A stretch of 64,000 bases of DNA from an uncultured Bacteroidota bacterium (GTDB taxonomy: Bacteria; Bacteroidota; Bacteroidia; Chitinophagales; Chitinophagaceae). The position numbers and the translations under genes were made by a program. Numbering within the stretch: the first letter of the stretch is position 1; every line of letters begins with the position of its first letter. Shown here piece after piece: positions 18,285-28,474 of the stretch. The notes under the pieces were generated by a model. It saw only the letters and a program-made list of their open reading frames with translations, searched no databases and was not told the DNA's origin. The stretch covers positions 18,405 to 82,404 of the forward strand of contig CAJADG010000007.1 in NCBI GenBank assembly GCA_903938445.1. Reading direction: 5' to 3'.

Positions 18285-19595
18285 TTAAGCGTTTGCTCTA
18301 CCAATACTCTCATAATGATAGTCCAACTCTTTCATCTTGGCTACATCAAATAAATTTCTGCCGTCAAAAATGATTTTGTTATTCTTTAACTGCTGATCCA
18401 TTTGCTCAAAATCAGGTGTTCTAAACTCACTCCACTCAGTAGCAATAATGAGTGCAGCTGCATTTTGTAATGCATCGTATTGATTGGTTGCGTATTGTAT
18501 TTTATCTTTTATCTGCGCTTTTACATTGGGCATCGCTTCAGGATCATATGCAGTAACCGTTGCCCCTGCTGATGTTAAAGCATCAATGATTGCCAATGCG
18601 GGTGCTTCTCTGATATCATCGGTATTAGGCTTAAATGCCAATCCCCATAATGCAAAATGCTTGCCTTGTAAATCGTTTTTATAAAAAACTTTTATCTTTT
18701 GAACCAAGTGTAATTTTTGTAAAGCGTTTACTTTTTCAACGGCTTTTAAAATCTCAAACTCATAGTTCACTTCATCCGATGACATGATGAGTGCTTGCAC
18801 ATCCTTTGGAAAACAAGATCCTCCATAACCAATGCCTGGGAATAAAAAACGTTTGCCAATTCTGTCATCCGATCCAATACCTCTTCTTACCATATCCACA
18901 TCTGCTCCCATGCGCTCACACAATTGTGCGATCTCGTTCATGAATGAAATCTTCGTTGCAAGAAATGAATTTGCCGCGTACTTCGTTAACTCCGAACTAC
19001 GCTCATCCATAAATATCACAGGGTTACCCTGTCTTACAAATGGTGCATATAAATCACTCATTAATTTTTTAGCTCTCTCCGATCTTGTTCCTACTACCAC
19101 TCTGTCCGGTTTCATAAAATCATCCACTGCCACGCCCTCTCTTAAAAACTCAGGATTGCTCACCACATCATATTCCCCGCTATAATTTTTTGCAATCGCT
19201 GCACTTACTTTATCCGCTGTACCCACCGGCACCGTGCTCTTATTGACGATTACTTTATAACCTTTTAAAATTTTTCCTAAATGATCCGCAACACCCAATA
19301 CATATTTTAAATCCGCACTACCATCCGCACCCGGAGGTGTTGGCAATGCTAAAAATATAATCTCCGCATCCTCAATAGCTTCTTCTAACTCAGTGGTGAA
19401 TTTTAAACGACTCTCTTTAATATTTCTTAAAAATATCTTCTCTAATCCTGGTTCGTAAATGGTAATTTGACCAGCACTTAATTTCTCCACCTTCGCTTTA
19501 TCAATATCCACGCAAGTAACTTTGTTACCTGTCTCTGCAAAACAAGTTCCTGTTACTAACCCAACATAACCCGTGCCTACTACTGCTATTTTCAT
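18285..19595 (-). CDS. ugd: UDP-glucose 6-dehydrogenase
   Basis: MKIAVVGTGYVGLV start and the catalytic GYGGSCFPKD motif. Confidence 0.92.
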   Translation of the reverse strand: MKIAVVGTGYVGLVTGTCFAETGNKVTCVDIDKAKVEKLSAGQITIYEPGLEKIFLRNIKESRLKFTTELEEAIEDAEIIFLALPTPPGADGSADLKYVLGVADHLGKILKGYKVIVNKSTVPVGTADKVSAAIAKNYSGEYDVVSNPEFLREGVAVDDFMKPDRVVVGTRSERAKKLMSDLYAPFVRQGNPVIFMDERSSELTKYAANSFLATKISFMNEIAQLCERMGADVDMVRRGIGSDDRIGKRFLFPGIGYGGSCFPKDVQALIMSSDEVNYEFEILKAVEKVNALQKLHLVQKIKVFYKNDLQGKHFALWGLAFKPNTDDIREAPALAIIDALTSAGATVTAYDPEAMPNVKAQIKDKIQYATNQYDALQNAAALIIATEWSEFRTPDFEQMDQQLKNNKIIFDGRNLFDVAKMKELDYHYESIGRANA

Positions 19596-19610
19596 TAAAT
19601 TATAAATTAT

Positions 19611-20738
19611 TTATTTAAAAAAAGAGTTGACTCCTTCAGTAATATAAGACAATTGCTCCGCATCCATCTCTGTATGAATAGGCAATGAACAAACACATGG
19701 TGTTAATGCATTGGTTACTGGCAAATCTAAATTAGTATTATCTTGATTACCAAACATTTTTTGCAAATGTCCTGGCACTGGATAATAAATCATACATGGA
19801 ATTTCCTTTGCAGCTAAATGGGCAATAAATGCATCTCTATCTACCCCTTTCAATTGCATCGTATATTGATGAAACACATGCGTAGTATACTTTCCAATAG
19901 CAGGTGTTACAATTTGAGCATTACTTGTAAATGCATTTGTGTAATATTCAGCAACTGCTTGTCTGGCCTTACTATATTCATCCAAATGCGCTAATTTAAT
20001 ATTTAAGATGGCTGCTTGAATTGAATCCAATCTTGAATTACAGCCTACCACGTCATGATAATATCTTTCAGATTGTCCATGATTGGCAATCATGGACATT
20101 TTTGTTGCAAGCGCTTTATCGTTTGTAAATAAAGCACCTCCATCACCGAATGCTCCTAAATTTTTACTAGGGTAAAATGAGGTGGCCCCTATATGTCCAA
20201 TAGTACCCGTTTTCTTTTTGGTACCATCCGAAAAAGTATAATCACAACCAATAGCCTGAGCGTTATCTTCAATCACATAAATATTATACTCCTTTGCAAT
20301 TGCCATAATTTCTTCCATTGGTGCCGCCTGGCCATACAAATGAACAGGAACAATTGCTTTTGTTTTGGGAGTTATTGCTTTTTTCAAACTTTCAATATCC
20401 ATACAATAAGTTACAGGATCCACATCCACAAAAACAGGCGTTAATTTCAACAATGCAACTACCTCTGTGGTGGCAATATAAGTAAATGAAGGCGTGATCA
20501 CTTCATCACCAGGTTGCAAGTCCAAAGCCATCATGGCAATTTGTAAAGCATCTGTTCCATTAGCACAAGGAATGACATGTTCCGCACCCAAATAAGTTGC
20601 TAAATTTTGAGTGAAATCCTTAACAGCTTTACCATTAATATAGGCGGCTGAATCCAAAACTTCATGAATCGCCGCATCTACTTGATCCTTTATGGCCAAA
20701 TACTGCGTTTTGGTGTCTACCATCTGAATTTTTCGCAT
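19611..20738 (-). CDS. DegT/DnrJ/EryC1/StrS-family PLP aminotransferase (nucleotide-sugar aminotransferase)
   Basis: MRKIQMVDTKTQY... start (M22 of the ORF) and the SFYPSKNLGA PLP-lysine block. Confidence 0.85.
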   Translation of the reverse strand: MRKIQMVDTKTQYLAIKDQVDAAIHEVLDSAAYINGKAVKDFTQNLATYLGAEHVIPCANGTDALQIAMMALDLQPGDEVITPSFTYIATTEVVALLKLTPVFVDVDPVTYCMDIESLKKAITPKTKAIVPVHLYGQAAPMEEIMAIAKEYNIYVIEDNAQAIGCDYTFSDGTKKKTGTIGHIGATSFYPSKNLGAFGDGGALFTNDKALATKMSMIANHGQSERYYHDVVGCNSRLDSIQAAILNIKLAHLDEYSKARQAVAEYYTNAFTSNAQIVTPAIGKYTTHVFHQYTMQLKGVDRDAFIAHLAAKEIPCMIYYPVPGHLQKMFGNQDNTNLDLPVTNALTPCVCSLPIHTEMDAEQLSYITEGVNSFFK

Positions 20739-20799
20739 CCTATAAATTTTAGTAAAATTACAATAAAAAGACTGATTTTTGCCTCTAGAACCCGATTCC

Positions 20800-22050
20800 A
20801 TGTTATTGTATAATCTATTCCTTTTTTGTTATCCTAAAATTGTCAAATTGCTAGGTTTTTTCAACCCAAAAGCAAAGGAATGGACTAATGGACAGGCCAA
20901 TGTTTGGAATGAGGTAGAAACAAACCAAATCAAATTACAAGGACATCCAATCATTTGGATGCATGCAGCTTCTTATGGGGAATTTGAACAAGGTCTTCCC
21001 ATTATTGAAGCCATTAAAAATCATTATCCTCAATATAAAATTTGGGTAACTTTTTTTTCACCCTCTGGCTATTTGCACCGTAAGAATGATCCCAATGTAG
21101 ATGCAGTAACCTACCTGCCTTTTGACAGTGCTAAAAATGCTAGTGATTTTTTAGATAAAGTAAATCCCAAACTAATTCTGTTTATTAAATATGAATTTTG
21201 GTTTAATTATTTAAATGAAGCAAAGACAAGAAAAATTCCAAGCATTTTAGCTTCCGCTATTTTTAGACCAGACCAAGTATTTTTTAAATGGTATGGCGGA
21301 TTTTATAAAAACATGTTATCTCTTTTTTCAAGCATCTTGGTGCAGGATCATGAAATATATGATTTAGTGGCGCCTTTTTTAAAAAGGACTCGTTTGTTTA
21401 CAAGTGGAGATACACGCTTTGATAGAGTTTTACAAACTGCTACGACTAGTATACCCATTGAGTGGATGAAATTGTTAAGTAACCATCGAAACATAATTGC
21501 TGGTAGTACTTGGAAGGAAGATGATGTTATTCTTTTTAAGACAACAGCTCATTTTAATCAATTCAATTGGATCATTGTGCCGCACCATGTAGATGAGAAA
21601 AGTATTGATGCATGTAAAAGAATGTATCCAGCTGCAATTACATTAACACAATTTTTAACAAACAATCAACAACAAAACAGACCCATTGTATTAATTATAG
21701 ATTGTATCGGATTGTTAAGAAATTTATATCAATATGCTTTCATTAGTTATGTGGGTGGAGGATTTGGAAAAGATGGAGTGCACAACGTTCTAGAACCTGC
21801 TGCTTTTGGCAAACCGGTAATTTGGGGAAGTAATGATTCAAAGTATAAAGAAGCCATTGGCCTTAGAAATCATAATGGTGGTTATAGCATCAAAAATGAA
21901 GCTGAATTTGTAATGCATGTAAATGAACTTATTCAAACTACAAGTCATTACGACCAAATTTGCAAAAACGCTCGAGATTATATCAATAATCATGCTGGAG
22001 CTACCAAAAAGACAATGAAAGAAATTATGATTCAATTAGACAAGTCTTAA
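20800..22050 (+). CDS. waaA: 3-deoxy-D-manno-octulosonic acid (Kdo) transferase
   Basis: WMHAASYGEFEQGLPII matches the WaaA W.HA.S.GE motif. Start set at M8 (MLLYNLF...). Confidence 0.85.
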   Translation: MLLYNLFLFCYPKIVKLLGFFNPKAKEWTNGQANVWNEVETNQIKLQGHPIIWMHAASYGEFEQGLPIIEAIKNHYPQYKIWVTFFSPSGYLHRKNDPNVDAVTYLPFDSAKNASDFLDKVNPKLILFIKYEFWFNYLNEAKTRKIPSILASAIFRPDQVFFKWYGGFYKNMLSLFSSILVQDHEIYDLVAPFLKRTRLFTSGDTRFDRVLQTATTSIPIEWMKLLSNHRNIIAGSTWKEDDVILFKTTAHFNQFNWIIVPHHVDEKSIDACKRMYPAAITLTQFLTNNQQQNRPIVLIIDCIGLLRNLYQYAFISYVGGGFGKDGVHNVLEPAAFGKPVIWGSNDSKYKEAIGLRNHNGGYSIKNEAEFVMHVNELIQTTSHYDQICKNARDYINNHAGATKKTMKEIMIQLDKS

Positions 22051-22062
22051 TTAAGGATTGTT

Positions 22063-22070
22063 TACTTTTG
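22063..22070 (+). promoter_or_regulatory. candidate -7 box TACTTTTG for tdk
   Basis: Exact TAnnTTTG match 50 nt upstream of the tdk ATG. Confidence 0.4.
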
Positions 22071-22120
22071 AGGCAGCAGCAAAAAGAGACGACCAATTTT
22101 AAAAATATTAATGATAGTAG

Positions 22121-22684
22121 ATGTTTATTGAACAGAATATAAAAGGGGATAAAAGAGGATTCATTGAAGTGATTTGCGGAAGCATGTTTAGTGGTAAAAC
22201 CGAAGAATTAATTAGAAGATTAAAACGCGCTAAAATTGCTAACCTTAAAGTAGAAATTTATAAACCTTCAATGGATACTCGATATGATCAAAATAAAGTT
22301 GTGAGTCATGATGCAAATTCTATACACTCTACTCCTGTTGATCATTCAAGTAAAATATTATTATTAGCAGAAAATGCTGAAGTGGTTGGTATTGATGAGG
22401 CTCAATTTTTTGATGAAGATGTAATTAGAGTTGCTGAACAATTAGCAATGCAAGGCAAAAGAGTTATTGTTGCTGGCTTAGATATGGATTATTTAGGAAA
22501 ACCATTTGGCCCAATGCCACAATTATTAGCCATAGGAGACTTTATTACCAAGCTACATGCTATTTGTGTTCAATGTGGGCACCTGGCTAATATATCTTAC
22601 CGAACAAGTGAAGAAGATGGAACTGTAGTATTAGGAGAGAAAAATAATTACGAACCTAGATGTAGAATATGCGCAAGCAAGTAA
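22121..22684 (+). CDS. tdk: thymidine kinase
   Basis: [15 protein letters not shown]-loop and the C-terminal zinc ribbon C..C...C..C. Confidence 0.93.
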   Translation: MFIEQNIKGDKRGFIEVICGSMFSGKTEELIRRLKRAKIANLKVEIYKPSMDTRYDQNKVVSHDANSIHSTPVDHSSKILLLAENAEVVGIDEAQFFDEDVIRVAEQLAMQGKRVIVAGLDMDYLGKPFGPMPQLLAIGDFITKLHAICVQCGHLANISYRTSEEDGTVVLGEKNNYEPRCRICASK

Positions 22685-23331
22685 ACCCAATTTTAACATT
22701 GCTAAAAAAAGATTTATTGTTGGAGTTTCGCCAACAGTATACTTTTTTTGGCATTCTACTTTATATTGCCTCTACTACTTTTGTTATTTATTTAACCATG
22801 GGGCAACCTGACGATAAAGTATGGAATGGGTTATTCTGGGTGATCCTTTTATTTATTTGCATCAACGCAGTTGCAAGAAGTTTTTTACAGGAAGGTCGTG
22901 GTCGTATGTTATATTTTTACACCATCGCAAGCCCTATTCACTTTATATTATCAAAGCTTATCTACAATAGTATCTTAATGGTATTGATGAGTGGATTGAG
23001 TTTATTGTTATTTACTTTATTATTAGGCAATCCGTTACAACATAGCCTTTTGTTTTTTGGGATTAGTTGTTTAGGTGGGATTAGTTTAAGTTTAGTTTTT
23101 AGTTTTCTTGCAGCCATTGCAGCTAAGGCACAACAGCCTTCTGCAATCATGGCTATTCTTGGATTTCCTTTAATTATCCCTCAGATACTTTTATTAATGC
23201 GCATAGCAAATATTGCATTTGCAGATATCGTACAAAATGGCTTACTGAATTTGGTAGGCTTATTGGTTGGATTTGATTTGATGATTATAGCTCTTGCCTA
23301 CATCCTTTTCCCCTTTTTATGGAAGGATTAA
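22669..23331 (+). CDS. ccmB: heme exporter permease CcmB-like
   Basis: 220-aa six-TM protein resembling Bacteroidota CcmB-type ABC permeases. It overlaps the tdk end by 16 nt. ccmC and ccmD lie in the same window. Confidence 0.65.
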   Translation: MRKQVNPILTLLKKDLLLEFRQQYTFFGILLYIASTTFVIYLTMGQPDDKVWNGLFWVILLFICINAVARSFLQEGRGRMLYFYTIASPIHFILSKLIYNSILMVLMSGLSLLLFTLLLGNPLQHSLLFFGISCLGGISLSLVFSFLAAIAAKAQQPSAIMAILGFPLIIPQILLLMRIANIAFADIVQNGLLNLVGLLVGFDLMIIALAYILFPFLWKD

Positions 23332-23548
23332 ATATATTAAAAAATAAAAAAAACTATTTTTTAATATATTTTTTATCTAATTGATTTTTACTACTTATGC
23401 TTCGAGACAAAAAAACAGGTATGTTTTTTTGGTCTTCGTTATTATAAAAAAAACTGAAAAAATATAGCATTTTTTCAGTTTTAAAAAGTTAAAGTAAATA
23501 AAATCAAAAAGAGGTAAAATTTTAATAATTTATATTTTTATAAAATTA

Positions 23549-24319
23549 TTAAAATTTCAAATGGCGCACAGTTTGACCATTGTTGATTAATTGTTTTAAA
23601 GAAGCGATTCCAATTTTCAAATGGCGCTCCACAAATTCTGCTGTTACTTTACTATCACTCGCCTCTGTTTTTACCCCTTCTGGAATCATGGGAGAATCAC
23701 TTACTAATAACAAAGCACCTGTAGGTATTTTATTATAGAAACCTACCGTGAATATGGTAGCCGTCTCCATATCAATCGCATATGCACGAAGTTTAGTTAG
23801 ATATTCTTTGAATTCATCATCATGCTCCCAAACTCTTCGGTTAGTTGTATACACGGTTCCTGTCCAATAATCTACTTGATGCTCACGTATAGTGGTTGAA
23901 ATTGCTTTTTGTAACGCAAATGCAGGTAAGGCGGGGACTTCAGCTGGGAAATAGTCATTGGAGGTACCCTCTCCTCTTATTGCGGCAATCGGCAAAATTA
24001 AATCACCAATCGTATTTCTCTTTTTTAATCCTCCGCATTTTCCTAAAAACAAAACTGCTTCTGGTTGAATGGCTGTTAATAAATCCATTATTGTAGCAGC
24101 ACCGGGGCTGCCCATTCCAAAATTTATGATAGTGATACCTTCGGCTGTAGCACATTGCATTGGGCGGTCTTTTCCAATTACTTCTACACCATTCCACTCT
24201 GCAAACATGTTTACATAATTACTAAAATTGGTTAATAAGATATATTTACCAAATTGATCTAAACTAGCCCCAGTATAACGAGGTAACCAATTATTTACAA
24301 TTTCTTCTTTCGTTTTCAT
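23549..24319 (-). CDS. amn: AMP nucleosidase-like enzyme (short form; PNP/UDP phosphorylase fold)
   Basis: MKTKEEIVNNWLPRYTG... start (M14 of the ORF), plus the GMGSPGAAT and AIDMETA blocks of the PNP_UDP_1 fold. Confidence 0.72.
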   Translation of the reverse strand: MKTKEEIVNNWLPRYTGASLDQFGKYILLTNFSNYVNMFAEWNGVEVIGKDRPMQCATAEGITIINFGMGSPGAATIMDLLTAIQPEAVLFLGKCGGLKKRNTIGDLILPIAAIRGEGTSNDYFPAEVPALPAFALQKAISTTIREHQVDYWTGTVYTTNRRVWEHDDEFKEYLTKLRAYAIDMETATIFTVGFYNKIPTGALLLVSDSPMIPEGVKTEASDSKVTAEFVERHLKIGIASLKQLINNGQTVRHLKF

Positions 24320-24324
24320 AGGCG

Positions 24325-24332
24325 TATCTTTG
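24325..24332 (+). promoter_or_regulatory. candidate -7 box TATCTTTG for the HsdR_N-like gene
   Basis: Exact match. It sits 1 nt from the first ORF ATG (24334), which argues that the real start is the Met at 24376. Confidence 0.4.
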
Positions 24333-24375
24333 AATGAACTTACTAAATAAAAATACACATTTTATTGGACAATAT

Positions 24376-24843
24376 ATGATCTCCATTCATTATCCATCCT
24401 ATCCTTTTAAAATTCGCAAGAACGAATCTGGCGTCATTGGAGATCAAATAAAAGATAAAGTAAAAGATCAAATATTCGATCCTTTTAGAAAAAAATGGGT
24501 CTCCCTTACTCCAGAAGAATGGGTGCGCCAAAACATTTTACAATACTTAGCACAAACATGCAATTACCCGAGTGCATTGATTGCTATTGAAAAATCAATT
24601 CAATTAGGTGAGCTCACAAAAAGATTTGACATCTTAATTTATAAACAAGATAAGCCTTGGATGATTATTGAATGTAAAGAAGCAAATGTTCAGATTAATG
24701 ATAAAACTATTTCGCAGTTATATCAATATCAACAAGTGCTTGAAGCGGAATATTTATTTGCCAGCAATGGACATGAAACGATTGGGGCACAAATAAAATC
24801 GGGGAAACTGCATGCACTGCAAAATTTCCCCGAGTATCTATAA
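24376..24843 (+). CDS. stand-alone HsdR-N-terminal-like PD-(D/E)xK domain protein
   Basis: LTPEEWVRQN plus FDILIY....IIECK (the D...E.K nuclease motif). Confidence 0.7.
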   Translation: MISIHYPSYPFKIRKNESGVIGDQIKDKVKDQIFDPFRKKWVSLTPEEWVRQNILQYLAQTCNYPSALIAIEKSIQLGELTKRFDILIYKQDKPWMIIECKEANVQINDKTISQLYQYQQVLEAEYLFASNGHETIGAQIKSGKLHALQNFPEYL

Positions 24844-24863
24844 TATTATTTGAATCAAATCCA

Positions 24864-26285
24864 TTAAGGGAAGATGCCTAATTCAGCATATGAAGTTCCT
24901 ACCTTATTAATTGCACAAACATAAGCAGCGGTACGCATATCAGGAATCGATGGATTCGCATTCCAAATTTCCATAATTTCTCTAGTTGCAGTAATCATCG
25001 TTTCTTCTAATCCACTATGCACTAAATCAATTTCATCAGGACCATGTGCTATAATTTCTTTTTCAGATTGAGTTACCTTCTTTCCAGTAAGGTCTTCAAT
25101 TTGTTTTACGATATGCAAGTTGGCATTTTCAGTAAATCTTTTCTCTAATCTACCATAACGTACGTGGCTTAAATTCTTTAACCACTCAAAGTAAGAAACT
25201 GTTACTCCACCAGCATTTAAATACATATCAGGAATTACTAAAATGCCTCTCTTTGCAAAAATATCATCCGCTTCGGGAGTCAAAGGACCATTGGCAGCTT
25301 CACCAATTATTTTTGCTTTAATTCTTGGTGCGTTATTAGCATCAATTACATTCTCTAATGCCGCAGGAATTAAAATATCACATTCCATTTCTAATGCATC
25401 CGCACTCTTTTCAATATTCGTTGCCCCTGGGAAATTTAAAATACTTCCAGTGGCTTTTCGATGTTGAAATACATCTTCCTCATTTAATCCATCTTTACAA
25501 TAAATAGCTCCTTCATACTCTGCGATTGCAATAACTTTAGCACCATGTTCTCTAAAGAATTTAGCAGTATAGTATCCCACATTACCCAAACCTTGTACAA
25601 TCACATTTTTATTTTCAATGCCCACTGTTAAGCCTGCTTTAGCCATTACATCTGGCATTAAACATACTTCTCGTACTCCATAAAAAACACCTAATCCGGT
25701 GGCTTCTTTTCTTCCTCTAACACCACCTAATGAAATAGGCTTACCAGTAACACAACCAGCAGCATCAATTTCCCCTGGTTTTAAAGATTGATAGGTATCT
25801 ACTATCCAAGCCATTTCTCTTTCTCCAGTACCATAATCTGGAGCAGGCACATCAATACCTGGTCCAATAAAATTTTTCTTTACTAGTTCAGAAGTATATC
25901 TTCTTGTGATTTTTTCTAACTCATAAGGGCTTAATGTTCTTGGACTAATTTTAATACCCCCTTTTGCACCACCAAAAGGAACATTCACAATGGCGCATTT
26001 ATAAGTCATTAAAGCAGCTAATGCCATAACCTCATCTTGATTCACAGCCATGCTAAAACGAATACCTCCTTTACACGGCGACTTGTGTTGTGAGTGTTGC
26101 ACACGGTAAGCTTCAATTACTTCAATACGTCCATCATCCATTTTTACAGGGAAACGCATGCTGTATACACTATTACAAGCTTTAATTTGTTGTAAAATTC
26201 CCGATTCCCAATTCGTGAACTGAGATGCTTTATCAAAACTACGCTCTACACTTTGAAAAAAACTGTATTCCTTATTCTCTGACAT
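24864..26285 (-). CDS. gdh: Glu/Leu/Phe/Val-family (glutamate) dehydrogenase
   Basis: KGGIRF and [10 protein letters not shown] catalytic-lysine blocks, plus the GLGNVG Rossmann motif. Confidence 0.9.
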   Translation of the reverse strand: MSENKEYSFFQSVERSFDKASQFTNWESGILQQIKACNSVYSMRFPVKMDDGRIEVIEAYRVQHSQHKSPCKGGIRFSMAVNQDEVMALAALMTYKCAIVNVPFGGAKGGIKISPRTLSPYELEKITRRYTSELVKKNFIGPGIDVPAPDYGTGEREMAWIVDTYQSLKPGEIDAAGCVTGKPISLGGVRGRKEATGLGVFYGVREVCLMPDVMAKAGLTVGIENKNVIVQGLGNVGYYTAKFFREHGAKVIAIAEYEGAIYCKDGLNEEDVFQHRKATGSILNFPGATNIEKSADALEMECDILIPAALENVIDANNAPRIKAKIIGEAANGPLTPEADDIFAKRGILVIPDMYLNAGGVTVSYFEWLKNLSHVRYGRLEKRFTENANLHIVKQIEDLTGKKVTQSEKEIIAHGPDEIDLVHSGLEETMITATREIMEIWNANPSIPDMRTAAYVCAINKVGTSYAELGIFP

Positions 26286-26322
26286 AACAATCGAATTTAA
26301 AATTGATAAATTATTTTTTCTC

Positions 26323-26472
26323 TAATTGAGATACTTTTTTATCTATGCTTGCCACATAAATAAATAAACCAATTAAAATAATGGAAACGATGGTCATTAC
26401 TAAATAGATTTTACCATTTTGCACCATGATACTTTCATTATTCACTACTTGTGTTTGTAAAAAATTGAACAT
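26323..26472 (-). CDS. ccmD: CcmD-family small membrane protein (49 aa; below the ORF-track cutoff)
   Basis: Hand translation gives MFNFLQTQVVNNESIMVQNGKIYLVMTIVSIILIGLFIYVASIDKKYLN. It has a single TM segment. It is immediately downstream of ccmC on the same strand. Confidence 0.6.
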
Positions 26473-26503
26473 ATAAAATATTTTTGTTTGTGAAAATTAA
26501 AAT

Positions 26504-27184
26504 TTATAAAAGTCCTTCTTTCTTTAATTGTAAGATTTGAATACGAATACGAATCGTACTAATCCAAACCCCTAATAAAGTCCAACCAATTACTGCAGGA
26601 TAAAATACCGTACGCATGCTTGCAGTCATATCTTTTCCGTTTACTCCTGGATTTCCTTCACTACCCTGTCCTCCAGGATGTAATGACTCTGTTAGTCTTG
26701 GCAAAATCCAAAGCGTTGGGAATAACATGAAGAAAGAAAAAATATTGTAAACAGCCGATAGACGAGCTCTCTTTTCAGTATCTAATAAACTACCTCTTAA
26801 AACAAAATAGGCAAAATAAATTAGTAAGGCAATGGCAGCTCCATTTTGTTTTGGATCACCCACCCAAGGACTACCCCATTGATAATTTGCCCAAATAGCA
26901 CCAGTAATAATTCCAAGGGTACCAAAAACCAAACCCATAGAAGCATAAGCATGTGAGTATACATCATGAATTAAATTGCCAGAGCGTAAATATTTAATAG
27001 CATAGACTAAAGAAACAAATAATAAAATCATCATGCCAAACCACATTGGAACATGGAAAAAGAAGTTACGAATAGACTCCTTCATACGATCATCCAACTT
27101 GGGAACTTTAACTAAAAAACCATAGGTACAAGTATATAATAACAATACGAAAGATAAAACCTTCCACCATTTAGCTCTTAGCAT
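26504..27184 (-). CDS. ccmC: heme exporter/cytochrome c assembly protein CcmC
   Basis: Trp-rich heme-handling motif WGSPWVGDPK. The protein is polytopic. Confidence 0.85.
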   Translation of the reverse strand: MLRAKWWKVLSFVLLLYTCTYGFLVKVPKLDDRMKESIRNFFFHVPMWFGMMILLFVSLVYAIKYLRSGNLIHDVYSHAYASMGLVFGTLGIITGAIWANYQWGSPWVGDPKQNGAAIALLIYFAYFVLRGSLLDTEKRARLSAVYNIFSFFMLFPTLWILPRLTESLHPGGQGSEGNPGVNGKDMTASMRTVFYPAVIGWTLLGVWISTIRIRIQILQLKKEGLL

Positions 27185-27231
27185 AATTAATTGTTTTAAG
27201 TTACAATCTACGTTAAACTAACAATTGTTTG

Positions 27232-27239
27232 CAAATGTA
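27232..27239 (-). promoter_or_regulatory. candidate -7 box TACATTTG for ccmC-ccmD
   Basis: Exact match 48 nt upstream of the ccmC ATG. It is one arm of a 12-bp inverted repeat. Confidence 0.45.
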
Positions 27240-27307
27240 CAATTTTTTGCTTTTAATATCGGTTTTAGTACGTAAATCTTAGGTTAACAAAATTACTGCT
27301 AAAGTTG

Positions 27308-27315
27308 TACATTTG
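27308..27315 (+). promoter_or_regulatory. candidate -7 box TACATTTG for queA
   Basis: Exact match. It is the other arm of the 12-bp inverted repeat and implies a ~88-nt leader. Confidence 0.45.
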
Positions 27316-27326
27316 CCTCCATAATT

Positions 27327-27365
27327 TTCATGCCGTAACATGAAGCGAACTGCCCCGTAAGGCTG
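27327..27365 (+). promoter_or_regulatory. two leader hairpins with identical CCGUAA loops upstream of queA
   Basis: ttcatg-CCGTAA-catgaa (27327-27344) and ctgcc-CCGTAA-ggctg (27350-27365; weaker stem). Confidence 0.25.
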
Positions 27366-27408
27366 TAGTAAACTTAATGTGGCTATCATCTTAAAATCAT
27401 AGACACAA

Positions 27409-28458
27409 ATGAAACTTTCACAATTTAGGTACGATCTTCCTTTAAATCTGATCGCACAGTATCCAACAAAACGTAGAGAAGACAGCAGATTGATGGTTGT
27501 AAACCGTCAAAATGGTCACATGGAAAACCGTAATTTCTCTGATTTATTAGAGTATTATGATGACAAGGATGTTTTTGTAGTAAACAATACAAAAGTTTTT
27601 CCTGCTAGAATGTATGGCCGTAAAGAAAAAACAGGCGCAAAAATTGAAGTTTTCTTGTTAAGAGAATTAAACAAACCAAACCGTTTATGGGATGTGATTG
27701 TTGATCCCGCAAGAAAAATTCGTGTTGGGAATAAATTATATTTTGGTGAAAACGAAGAATTAGTAGCAGAGGTTATTGATAACACAACAAGCCGTGGTCG
27801 TACTATTCGTTTTTTATGGGAAGGTGATGACGAGGGTTTTAAAAAGATGTTAGAATTTTTAGGCGAAACTCCATTGCCTAAATACATTAAGCGCAAACCA
27901 GATGAAGAGGATAAAGACAGATACCAAACTGTTTATGCAAAGCACGAAGGTGCCGTTGCTGCTCCTACTGCCGGATTGCACTTTAGTAAAGAATTGATTA
28001 AGCGTGCTGAAATTATTGGTATTCGTTTTGCAGAAGTAACCTTGCATACTGGCTTAAGTACTTTCCGTCCTATTGAAGTAGAAGATTTAAGCAAACATAA
28101 AATGGATGCTGAATATTTTAAGATTGATGAAGAAGCATGTCGCATTATCAATACAGCAAAAGAAAATGGTCGTCGTATTTGTTCCATTGGTACAACAGGT
28201 ATGCGTGCAATGGAAAGCAGTGTTACTGCACAAAGATTATTAAAGCCAGCGGAAGGATGGACAAATCACTTTATTCACCCACCTTATAATTTTAATATCG
28301 CTGATAGTTTAGTAACTAATTTCCACTTACCAAAAACAAGCTTATTAATTATGACTTGCGCTTTTGCAGGTTATGAATTAGCAATGGAAGCTTACAAAAA
28401 AGCAATTAAAGATAAATACCGCTTCTTCAGCTATGGTGATGCGCTCCTTTTCATTTAA
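27409..28458 (+). CDS. queA: S-adenosylmethionine:tRNA ribosyltransferase-isomerase
   Basis: [17 protein letters not shown] start and the AAPTAGLHF block. Confidence 0.95.
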   Translation: MKLSQFRYDLPLNLIAQYPTKRREDSRLMVVNRQNGHMENRNFSDLLEYYDDKDVFVVNNTKVFPARMYGRKEKTGAKIEVFLLRELNKPNRLWDVIVDPARKIRVGNKLYFGENEELVAEVIDNTTSRGRTIRFLWEGDDEGFKKMLEFLGETPLPKYIKRKPDEEDKDRYQTVYAKHEGAVAAPTAGLHFSKELIKRAEIIGIRFAEVTLHTGLSTFRPIEVEDLSKHKMDAEYFKIDEEACRIINTAKENGRRICSIGTTGMRAMESSVTAQRLLKPAEGWTNHFIHPPYNFNIADSLVTNFHLPKTSLLIMTCAFAGYELAMEAYKKAIKDKYRFFSYGDALLFI

Positions 28459-28474
28459 TTTTTAGAAAGATAAT

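Noticed and set aside
23332-23548. 217-bp extremely AT-rich spacer with A/T-run hairpins between ccmB and amn, considered as an sRNA or origin-like element
   Set aside because: It contains only low-complexity A/T-tract hairpins consistent with weak bidirectional terminators for the two convergent genes. There are no DnaA-box-like repeats and no promoter box.
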